Notes under the pieces: model-generated | The model's database searches: none | The model's input: the letters and a program-made list of their open reading frames with translations, nothing else | What the model was told of the DNA's origin: nothing | Made by a program: the position numbers and the translations under genes | In this document: positions 11,201 to 24,575 of the stretch, one piece after another | Position numbering within the stretch: position 1 is the stretch's first letter | How the letters are laid out: each line of letters starts with the position of its first letter | Source: Macrostomum lignano | Lineage: Eukaryota | Reading direction: 5' to 3' | DNA: 64,000 nucleotides | NCBI GenBank assembly: GCA_002269645.1 | Contig: NIVC01000412.1 | Location: 496,001 to 560,000, forward strand

Positions 11201-12514
11201 TTCCTATGTTTTCTTAAATGCCTATTTTTACTTATATTTTTAATAGCTAATCTATCAATTATCCTTTATATTAAACAAATTTTAGATGAATTAAATAAAT
11301 AATCCAACTAAATAAATGTGGTCATCCATTAAAATAGGCCAATATTGTCAAAATGGCCACACAAAGAACAGCCATAATAAAATGGCCACAAGGCCTGAAT
11401 AGCCATACAATAAAAAGGCCACATAAAACAAAAGTAGAGAAAGTAAAAATTTTACTTTGCATAATTTACAACACTTTATATTTTAAATATAAAAAATATA
11501 TTATTGTATACTTTTTACTTTGATTTAAAATTGTTAAAGTAAAACTTGTTACTTTAAAATTTAAAATTGGCCTAACTGGACTAGTAGGCTAACCCCTAGA
11601 CTAGAGCACTTGCACTAGGCTTAGGCCCTTATCAATTTGACATTTGAAATAGGCCCTAAGGCATACATTTACTTCTAATTTAAATAGGCCTAATCTTAGG
11701 CCTAGGCCCTAACTGCCCTCACTCAAGCCTATATGATGACAATAAAATAAATATAGGCCTAATAGCCATTTTTGCTAAAAATCGATCACATACCTATATA
11801 GATAGTTAGATAGATAGATAGATACTGACAGACCATTTTTAGTAGGCCTATATGGATTGTAACCCATTTAATATTTGAATTAGGCCTAGATAGACTCAAA
11901 ATTATGATAAATTTCTCATATCATGAATGGACCATGCCCGATGGGCGATGCCATGGTCCTAAATCATGAAACATGATTGTTTAGACACAGTAGTAAACAA
12001 TAGTTAGTTAGTAGTAATACATGGGCTTAGAAGTAATTATTATACATTTATTTTGTTATTAGTAAGACAAGAACATAAAATTCACGAAGTGGACTTTACT
12101 CTAAGAGAGAACTCTATAAATTAGGACATTTCGAAAAAAAGGCGGTATAAGTTCGAGCCTTAAGAAACTCAGAGTCTCAGACTAATAAAAAATCAGACGA
12201 AGTTGATCATTCGATCGCGGCGCAAAATTGATGTTTTTAAATTGTCTGTAATGCACAATAAGAACCAAACACATCATAACAAAAAACACAAATTATATCA
12301 TTTCATGCAAAGAACAATATTAGCGTAATTAAGGTGAAAAACATGCTGAAACAGACTAAAAATTTATTTTTAGACTAGACTAGACCAGACTTTTATTTAA
12401 TTTATCAACTCCGCGTTAAAAATCAGGCCCAAATGTGCCAACTTCAAAATCAAGATCACAGTTTGGTACTTAGTCAATTCTACTTGTTTTAAGTTCCAAG
12501 TTCCAAGGGGATAC

Positions 12515-12772
12515 ATGCAGTTGCAGCGTAGTACACTGTATAGCACCATGCAGTCATCACAGCCAACGTCGGTGGCCCACTTGGCAACGGCGTTGGCCTC
12601 TGCCCGCTCGGCCTGGTCGAGGTTTGCCAAGCGGTCTAAAGTAACTCGCCGTTATTGCTACGCGGCCGGATTTCCGCAGCTCGCCGGCATTTGTGTTATG
12701 CAAGCCTATAATAGAATCACCCGCAAGTTGGCAGAGCGCTGGGTCCGATCGAAAGGAGATGTAGGACATTGA
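12515..12772 (+). CDS. Hypothetical 85-aa small protein
   Basis: ATG-to-TGA ORF in a GC-rich island within AT-rich DNA, with many G/C third codon positions. No recognisable domain. Confidence 0.35.
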   Translation: MQLQRSTLYSTMQSSQPTSVAHLATALASARSAWSRFAKRSKVTRRYCYAAGFPQLAGICVMQAYNRITRKLAERWVRSKGDVGH

Positions 12773-13452
12773 TGCGGATGGACTTTCAGCACTGATGTGA
12801 CATATAAAGTATGAGTTCCTGTACTATACTTACTACTGCCAGTAGCAATGACATTTTCTTCTCTTTTCTCTTCTACCAGCTATATTTTCTTCTTTTCATT
12901 TTCCCCCTATTTATTTTCCTCTTTCTCTCTCATGCTTTTTCTGTCCTTTTCCCCTCCGCGAAGATTTTTCCAAGCGGAAAGATATTTTTAAAGCTGCGAC
13001 CTTTTCAACACTAAAGTAGTATATAATTCGTTTCGTTTTAATCCCAATCTTCTCGCCAGAGCATATTTCCCAGGGCATAATTTTCATGTTGATTTTGGAG
13101 TTGGCATTGCTGAAACATAAATCATTTTGTATCAATTTAAGGATGATTGATAGCTGCACATACTGTCACTTTTTGAGGCTTTCGATTCCGGGGCCAAATA
13201 GGATCTCCGATCTCAGATTTTCTGAAATAGAAAGTAAAAAGGTTTAGAACATAGAATTTAATTGACGGCAATATGTATCTATCATAACCCTCGCCTCAAC
13301 AAAGCAACCAGTCTGTCTAAAGCTGTCGGTGGGCACCCGAAGAAGACCTTAAAGACAGTGTTGAGGGTAATGCAGAACGCCAGTTGGCGTTGACCCAGCA
13401 ACTTTAACATGTCCTGTACCTAAAAAAATGGTAGCAATTGCATGTATGGCAT

Positions 13453-13572
13453 GGCACGGCTCGACTCAATTTGGTTTTAAGAATCTATATTTATCAATCT
13501 GTTATGAATTTACCAATCAATTTATCAATATGATAAAAGAGAATTCTTAAAACCAATGAGTCGAGCTGTGCC
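13453..13572. repeat. ~32-bp inverted repeat with ~55-nt spacer (mini-MITE or hairpin)
   Basis: GGCACGGCTCGACTCAATTTGGTTTTAAGAAT versus GAATTCTTAAAACCAATGAGTCGAGCTGTGCC. Confidence 0.75.
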
Positions 13573-14216
13573 CTTTTTATGATTTTTAGGCATAAGACAT
13601 TTAATACGCGTTTATTTGTACGTAGTATGTAAAATTAACACAGAATCCTAATTTTCTAAACTAAAAACTTTATATGAATATCAATATATAGAGCTACACG
13701 ATATAAAAAAGGCAAACATATCAAAAGATGCACACTTGGTCTGACTCCTATCAAAAGCAATAACAATTTTTGAGCTAAAAATGAAAACCTATCCCCGTAT
13801 TGTATTTTTACGGAAAACGGGTCTTCTAAAATTTTTCCAAGAAACGTAAAGTTTTCCCGGTAAATTGCGGCTAAACCGACAGATGGGAATTGAATATTAT
13901 CATGTAGAGAATATTTTTGAACACAAAATAAGAAACTCGCTTTTGATATTATTTTCTTGCTACTTGTTAGTAGCTAATATTTATAATGCTACTAGCTATA
14001 CTGAGATAAGTGCTGATGACGTTAAAGCTTATTGTTATGCCCTGAGTGACAACTGATATCGCATGTATAATAGATCTAATGAAAACAAGATGAAAACGAT
14101 TAAAACTGCAAAAAAGTGTACTGAATAATTAAAAGTTAAAAAAATCAGTATATCTACAAAGAGGTGAGTGCATGGAAGCTCGTAATTATAGTCAACTCCA
14201 GCCAAAACTCGGGCTA

Positions 14217-17200
14217 TTAGATGCCGATCGTGCCTCGGGATCTAATAGAGAAGCTTCGCCTCAGCGACAATCTCAGTTTCGAGGCCCGGCGGCTAAGCGG
14301 GACCCCAGTAGTCTGATCCCCCTGATTGACAGCCTGGACCTGCACTGACTGTTGCTGCTGTTGCTGCTGCTGTCGTTTCTGCAGTACCGCGTTGACAATG
14401 TCATTGAAGATCGTGTCCACGCCGATTCCGGTCAGGGCGGAAGCGGCCCGAAATGGCAGAGTCACAGTCGTGCCTTCCACCAAGAAATTCAACTTGTCCG
14501 GTAGCTGTTCGCACTGCTGCTGCTCAGCATCGGACTTGCAGCAGACCAGCATTGCCGGCTGGCCTGAAATAATCATGGACAATGTTACAGTGGCAGCATG
14601 CACGTGTGCCATCACAAAACTAATAACATTGAATTTGATTTGGGGCAGTGAAGATAACCATTCCTTTAGTTTAGCACACACAGCATGTTTTTCTCTTGTA
14701 TTTTATAGAGTTGTGCAGCTGTGAATGTTTCATTTTTCTATTGTTTTTTTAGATTATATAAACCCAAACTTGTAAAAACTCGCAAACAAAAAGTTCAGCC
14801 AATGCTACTTGCGAGTATTAACAACGACTTTGGGCTTATAAAATCTAAAAAAAACATCTATAAAATACAATAGAGAAGCATGTTGTGCATGCTAAATTAA
14901 AGGAATCGCAGGGGCGCGTCCAGAGTTTTCAGGATGGGGGGGCCCAGTTAAGGCCCAGTAAAAACTGAAGGGGCAATACCAACATCTTGAATTGAGTTTT
15001 TTAATTATTATAAAAGCTAATTTTTACCGAAAAGTAAAAATGACATCCAAAAAAGATCTCGCAAAGAATGAATGCTATAGCTAAGTTGATTTAGCTAACA
15101 TTCTAAATGTTTTTTGCCCAAGAACACTTTTTAGGATTTGCAATTGGAAAATTTTTGAATAGAAAGCTAAACACAAATTCATTGAACTTTACAGTTTACT
15201 TTTCCTGGCAGATTCTCATCAAAAAACTCTGTTGGTTCATTTAATTATTGGCTAATCTCTGCAGAGTATATCTTTTTACTGAGAGGAGAGGGCAGAGAAG
15301 AAGGGGAGAGAGTAGGGAGGGATAAATAGGAGGAGAGAGTAGAGGTGAGAAGAGGGAGAGAATAGAGAGAAGAGATGAGAGAGGAGAGAGTAGATAGGAT
15401 GAAGTAGATAGGATAAGGGATAAAGAGAGGAGACAGAAGAGAGTAGAGATGAGAGAAGAGAGAAAAGATGGGAGAAAGTAGAGAGCAGATAGAAGAGAGT
15501 AGAGATGAGAGAAGAGAGAGTAGATAGGAGAGAGTAGAAAGATGCGAGTGGAGAAGGGAGAGATTAGAAAGGGTGGAGATAAGCAAGCAGAGAGAAGAGA
15601 GAAGAGATGTTAAAAGGGATAGTACAGATTAGAGATCAGGGAGAGAGGAGATAAATAGGAGAGATGAGAAATGAGAGCAGAGAAGTAGAAAGAAGTGAGG
15701 AGAGAGAGAAGAGGAGGGAAGTTTTGAGAGATGGGAGAGTGAGAAGTGAGAAGAGGGGAGAGAGGAGAGAGTGGAGAGCAGAGAGAAATGAGAAGAGAAA
15801 AGAGAGCAAGCAAAGATAAAAGAAGAAAAATGAGAGACGAAAGACTAAAGTTAAGAGAAAAGAGATAAGGTGGTAGAGATGACAGGAGAAATGAGAAATG
15901 AGATATGAAAGAGAAGAGAGAGGAGAGTGGAGAGAGAAGAGAAGAGACAAGAGAAGAGAAGAGAGGAGAAAGGAAAGAGAGGAGTCAAAGACGGGAAATA
16001 AAAGAGTACAGGGGAAAGACATGAGAGAACATATAAGAGATTAAAGTTGACAGAAGAGAGGGGAGAACAGAGAACAGAGACGAGAGTAAACAGACAAGAG
16101 ATGGGAGAGTAGAGAGAACAGAGGACAGAGAAGAGATTATGGAGATGAGAGGAGAGAGTAGGGAGAAGAAAAATGTGTAAGAGCAGAGAAGAGATACAAA
16201 GGGAGAAAGAAGTGGAGTAAAGAGAGAAGAGGGGAGAGAATTGACAACAGGGGAGAGAGGGGAGAGGAAAGAAGAGAATGGAGAGGGGAGAAAGTAGAGA
16301 GAAGAGAGATGGGGAGTGGAGAGCAGAGAGATAAGTAAGAGGAGAGAGGAGAGAGGAAATAAGAGAGAAGATATGAGATGAGAGAGATGAGAGAGAAGAG
16401 AAGAGAGGAGAGAAAAGAGAGGAAAGGGAAGAGACGAGAGTAGAGGGGAAAGAGGAGAGAGGAGAGCAGAGAGAAAAAAAAGTGAGGAAAGAGGAGAGAG
16501 GAAAGAACAGGGAAGAGATGAGAAAAGACGTGAGAGAAGAGAGGTGGGGGAAGAGACAAAAGAAGAGGGGAGAGAGAAGAGAGGAAAGAGGAAAGAAGAG
16601 ATGACAGGAGAGACGAAAGATGAGAGAAAAGAGAGGAAACAGAAGCAAAGATAGAAGTTTCAAAGGATCCAAGGGACGTACATGTAGAGAGAGGCAGAGG
16701 CAGAGGTCAGAGTTTTCCTGACTTTTCCAATACATACATGTTTTAGATCAACATTGCCTGATATTCTGCACAGCATCCTAGCCAACGAGATCAATGCTTG
16801 CCTCAAATCTTAATTTTACATGAATTTACTCCATTTTATGTTCATCTCCATCCTAACTATTAACAAGTTTTTGTTTGAGTATGACTTCAAATTCTAGAAT
16901 GTGCGAAAATAATTCCCGGGATTGGAATTCCACGGGTTCAAGATCCACAGGTTTCAACAGCTTACAAGTGCTCGTATAAAAACTATTGTTTCTAAAATTA
17001 AAATTGCAAAAAAGAAAAAAATGGGTTTTTCAAACTATTTTTTGGAAAATTCAAAGTGAAAAAAAACTGAAAGTGGGGGTGGGCCACAGGGGGGCCTGTG
17101 GCTTAATTGGGGGGGCACAGGGGGGCCCGTGGCTTAATTGGGGGGCCCAGGCCCCCCCTAGCCCCCCCCCCTTGGACGCGCCACTAGGAATGGTTATATT

Positions 17201-17618
17201 CACTGCCCCAGATCAAATAATGTTTTTCCAGGGAAGGTTTTAAAATGGGAATCGTTCAATTCGCACCTGAAGCAGCAAGCAGCTGTTGCTGGGCGACTCG
17301 ACGTTGCAGAAATTCCAACGTCGAGTCCTGACGCGTGGCGTCGAACAGAAGCAGCAGCGCGTCCGCGTCGGCTGCGTAGCATCCAGTGATGCCCGCGTAA
17401 GACTCCCCAGCTGGCAGCTCCCAGACGCGGAGCTTGACATCCTCAGCAGAGCCGGGGCCGCAGCGGTGCAGGCAGACACTGTAAACCATGCCGACATCCA
17501 GTCTCTGGCGATCGCATTCAAAATTGTCCTGTTTTTGATGGCGTTCCATCAGGCTGCTCTTGCCAACGCCTTTGTCACCAATGATGGCCAGCTTGACCGT
17601 TTGCCTGCTGTTAGACAT
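14217..17618 (-). CDS. Atypical Rab/Ras-superfamily small GTPase, 232 aa. Exons 17618-17267 and 14563-14217
   Basis: VKLAIIGDKGVGKSSL (G1), LRVWELPAGE (divergent G3), LLLLFDAT, MLVCCKSD (G4-like), AASAL (G5-like). Phase-1 intron TCAG|GTGCGA...TTTCAG|GC joins the two ORFs in frame. Confidence 0.85.
14909..17185. mobile_element. ~2.3-kb hAT-type non-autonomous element occupying most of the GTPase intron
   Basis: TIRs CAGGGGCGCGTCCA (14909) / TGGACGCGCCACT (ending 17185); near-identical 8-bp flanks AGGAATCG / AGGAATGG; G/C-run subterminal regions. Confidence 0.7.
15270..16700. repeat. Low-complexity polypurine (GA-rich) tract inside the hAT element
   Basis: Almost only G and A on the plus strand, without a fixed period. 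Confidence 0.95.
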
Positions 17619-18590
17619 TTTTAGAAATTCTGAGAGGTTTACTTTTCCCTCTTAAGATTTTAGCAACTAACTGGATTCACCCTTCGTATTTATAAAAGCT
17701 TTTGGTTCCTTCAAACAGTTTCAAAACAGCAATCGCTATTTATAGCTATATGAGACTACTAAGCCAAAAGTAGCTACTGCTCACCGTGGCTTCTGTTGTA
17801 CATTAAAGTACTTGAATCTTTCGAGTCTGTTACACGACACCTTGCTTCTCTCCAACCTCTATTGATGTTCGTGTAAAAATAACAAAAACTATGAATTCGC
17901 CTTCCTAAACAATGTAAAAATAGTTCTTTCTCTCGTGAGTACCCCGTTTTATTTTTAACTCTGACATCTGCCCTGCCATCTAGAACTTTGACAAAGCTTC
18001 GAGATACACGGCACTAAAATTGCATATAAGTGAGTAAGTAAGTAAGTAAGAAAGAAATATAGTTTTATTATTCATAATAAAATGATTTCAAAAGTTCTTT
18101 GTGTAGAAAAGTTCCGGATTTATTGTAATTTTCAAAGGACAACAAATAATCACTGCTATTGCTTACAAGTATTTAAAGAAGCGATAAGTTATTTAAAAAA
18201 TAAAGTGAGATAGAAACTCAAACAATCCAAGACCATTTCAAAATTATTTGCAGAAAAATATGTCTGAAAAAGTACTGATAGTAAAGATAAAAAAACTGAT
18301 TTTAGGTTGCTACTGAGGCGCATTTTTTATTTGGGTGGTGATCTTGAACTAAAACAGTTAAAAATAAGAGCATAAAAGATTAAGTATGAGAAAATAAAGA
18401 CTGTTTAACATGGCGCCTAGACCGCGAAACAGCACATTTCTTAATCTTGACACGACGTCCTAAAGTTTAAATAAAACGCATTTGCGAATTAAGACTGTTG
18501 CTAGTGTCAAACTGATCTGTTTAATAATAAACATTCAGCCTACTACTAGTAGTTTATTTCAAGAAGCTATCAAAAGCCAAAACAGTTGCC

Positions 18591-21077
<2,487 letters not shown>

Positions 21078-21774
21078 TGCTGGGAAAGAATATGTGCTGG
21101 TTTGTATTCAATGATTATCGTCTCCGTCGGAAATCAAAAGGCAGATCTTGCTAACTTTTCGCGAATTTATATACATGCCATGAACCCCGTTTTTGCATAA
21201 ATTAGTCTGTTTACACTTAATCCTATGCTGGCACACTGCTGCAGCGCAATCTGTTTGCAAAATCTTTTAGCAAAAATTGTCACAGAGAATTACAGAGTTT
21301 GGAGTGGAAAATTATCATTCGATTTTGACTGCACAAAGTGTAGATGGCTGTTCCAATTCGAATTCTAGAGACGTAGTGATCCTTCAGGCTGGTAATCTCC
21401 AATCAGATTGGATTTACATCGGCAAGTGCAATGAATTTGCATGCTAATTGAGGCTTCCGGTTTGCAATCTACGCTTGAAATAGCAAATAACTTGATCAAT
21501 CTTCTGGGGATTTCTGCTCGTGTTTTACAGTCTTTTTGAGTCTTGTAGAGTCTTGCAGAGTACTGTAGAGCATCAAAGAGTCTTATAGAGTATTTTATAG
21601 TACTTTAAGTTTTGTCGAGTCTTATAAAGTTTTTTAGAGTTCTGTCGAGTCTTGTAGAGTCTTTAGAGTTTTGTAGATCTAGTCATATAAAGTATATTGT
21701 AGATTGTTTTAGACCGTTTTTGAGTCGAGAGACTAATTAGAGTAGTTAGAGTCGGGAGAAAATCGGAGTGGAAA

Positions 21775-22600
21775 AGTGCGGGAGAGAGTGGGAGAATGTT
21801 GGAGAGAGTGAGAGAGTGTGAGAGAGTGTGGGAGAGTGTGGAAAAGTGTGGGAGAGAGTGGGAGAGTGTGGGAGAGAGTGGGAGAGAGTGTGAGAGAGTG
21901 TGGGAGAGTGTGGGAGAGAGTGGGAGAGTGTGGGAGAGTGTGAGAGAGTGTGGGAGAGTGTGGGAGAGTGTGGGAGAGTGTGGGAGAGAGTGGGAGAGTG
22001 TGGGAGAGTGTGGGAGAGAGTGGGAGAGTGTGGGAGAGTGTGGGAGAGTATGGGAGAGTGTGGAAAAGTGTGAGAGAGAGTGGGAGAGTGTTGGAGAGAG
22101 TGAGAGAGAGTGAGAGAGTGTGGGAGAGTATGGGAGAGAGTGGGAGAGTGTGGGAGAGTGTGAGAGAGTGTGGGAGAGTGTGGAAAAGTGTGGGAGAGTG
22201 TGGGAGAGAGTGGGAGAGTGTGGGAGAGTGTGGGAGAGAGTGGGAGAGTGTGGGAGAGTGTGGGAGAGTATGGGAGAGTGTGGAAAAGTGTGAGAGAGAG
22301 TGGGAGAGTGTTGGAGAGAGTGAGAGAGTGTGGGAGAGTGTGGGAGAGTGTGGGAGAGTGTGGGAGAGTGTGAGAGAGTGTGGGAGAGTGTGGGAGAGTG
22401 TGGGAGAGAGCGGAAGAGAGTTGGAGAGCGTGGGAGAGTGTGGGAGAGTGTGGGAGTGTGGGAGAGAGTGGAAGAGTGTAGGAGAGAGCGGAAGAGAGTT
22501 GGAGAGCGTGGGAGAGTGTGGGAGAGAGTGGGAGAGTGTGGGAGAGTGTGGGAGAGAGTGGGAGAGAGAGATAGTCTGGGAGAGAGTGGGAGATTGTGGA
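21775..22600. repeat. 10/12-bp GA-rich satellite (GGGAGAGTGT)n
   Basis: Direct inspection. Confidence 0.95.
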
Positions 22601-23109
22601 ACAGAGAACTAGAGAAGATACGGCTGATTTCAAAGCTTTTGTGATGGCCAAACAACATACCTTAAAAATTATTAAACAAAGGGTGCGTACGACTTCTATT
22701 GCATACTGCTGACTTGTCTCTCAGTAGTATAGATTGTTCATTAAGTCATCCATAGACAACTCTAGTTGTCCATGAAGTCATCACATTGCTTTGCCTTCTG
22801 ATTTATTAAGCACAAATTACATGGAGTCAAAATAAAACTGATTCTTTTTGGGTGAACAAAGAGAACAGAAAATTCATTAGCGACATGCAAAATAATTGTG
22901 CTAAGCAGCACGTAAACTCTGAGGGAGTTGAAAGAGTTTTGATAATCTGGAGTCTATTGTACTTTAAAAATTGTGCTCTAACAGTTGCTTTAATTGTTTC
23001 AGCAATTTTATAAGACCTTGGCCTTTTAGATCTAGTTTATTGTATCAATATGGACCGCATTATCTCCAAAGCTGGTCTTTGTAAAATTTAGTTGAATACA
23101 AGGATTTGG

Positions 23110-23360
23110 CAGGGTTGCATGGTCTGACCCGTGTGTACATTGGGGTGGGGCAGGGTTGGTCGGACCCGTGTGTACATTGGGTTGGGGCAGGGTTGGTCGG
23201 ACCCGTGTGTACATTGGGTTGGGGCAGGGTTGGTCGGACCCGTGTGTAGATTGGGGTAGGGCAGGGTTGGTCGGACCCGTGAGTACATTGGGGTGGGGTT
23301 AGCTGGTCGGATTCATACGTACATTGGGGCGGAGCAGGGTTAGTCGGACCTGTGCGTACA
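23110..23360. repeat. 37-bp tandem repeat, ~6 copies
   Basis: CGGACCCGTG recurs with period 37 (23161, 23198, ...). Confidence 0.9.
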
Positions 23361-23693
23361 TTGCAAGGACAACTTAAGTAGAAGGACGCAACACTATCTA
23401 TGGTAAATGTTTTGAAGGCAACTTTTCGTTGAAAAATACACTACAGAGATAGGAGGTTATCATTTTTTCAGCTTAAAAATTTTTATTGCTTTTGATAGGA
23501 GGCAGATCCAGTGTTCATCTTTTGATATGTTGTGCCTTTCTTATTGCTCTATCGATATTTATAAAGCTTTTCGTTCAGAGAAATAGTTTAAAGGCAGGTT
23601 TCCCCGGAAAAAATACACTACGGAGATAGGAAATTTCACGATTTTCAACCCTAAAACAGTGATTGGGTCTCTTAACAGTGTCAGAGAAAGTCT

Positions 23694-23908
23694 TAATCAC
23701 ACAATTTTGTGTCTCACATGCTGCTCTAACGACACATCAATCGATTTTTCATGTTACGAGTTTCATGTTACATGTCATGTTTTTCATGTTCTCATAAATT
23801 GGTCTTGTCATTATTTTAAACGTTTTTTGAGTGATAGACCAATTTAACATGAAAAAATCGATTAGTGCGTCGTTAGAGCAGCATGTGAGGCACAAAATAG
23901 TGTGATTA
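23694..23908. mobile_element. ~210-bp TA-flanked MITE with ~60-bp inverted arms
   Basis: AATCACACAATTTTGTGTCTCACATGCTGCTCTAACGAC... mirrored by ...GTCGTTAGAGCAGCATGTGAGGCACAAAATAGTGTGATT; TA at both ends. Confidence 0.8.
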
Positions 23909-24575
23909 GAATATGTTACTTGAGTCCTTGGCACATTGTAGAGAGACACCTCATTTATTTTTATGACTATCTATAGCTTGCTACACACAACCTACAAACG
24001 TTTGTGATTTAAGCAATATAGCCTAATATAAATTTTATACAACGATAATTTACAAATTGAAACAAAATTTAAAAATGAAAATACAATACAAATATAGGAT
24101 TTTTTACTAGTTTAGATATAGACTGTAGAATTTCCGGTACCTTTTTAACTACAATAAATTAATTTCAAGCAATAACTGGCGGTCTCTGCATGTACATGAA
24201 TGTTAACAAGAGCTTGAAAGCGGAGAATATTGTATCTGATTCACCCTTGTAGCCAGCGATTGTATAGCTATAAGTGTCCATTAATGCAGAATACACTGTC
24301 CGTCTGAACCACTTAAAAATAGACTGAATTAAAACGCAAAAAATGTACATAGATAGCTGTTCGAAAAATCTGTGCAAATGATTTTAATAGCATTAAAAAT
24401 ATGTTTAGTTTGGGAATTGGGAGCAGCTGCTGGTGGGGGCATTCAGGTTTAGAGAAGGGTGACGGGTTTTGAGGCGTCGAATGAAGAGCGGATAGCGTAA
24501 ACTTATGTAAATTTATCGAACGGTGTGTTAGTTCCCCCTATCCCAAATTTAGTTTAAACTCAATAGTTCATTTGA

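Noticed and set aside
11560-11900. Cluster of TAGGCCTA/AGGCC palindromic words
   Set aside because: No period, termini or structure could be defined, so no call is supportable.
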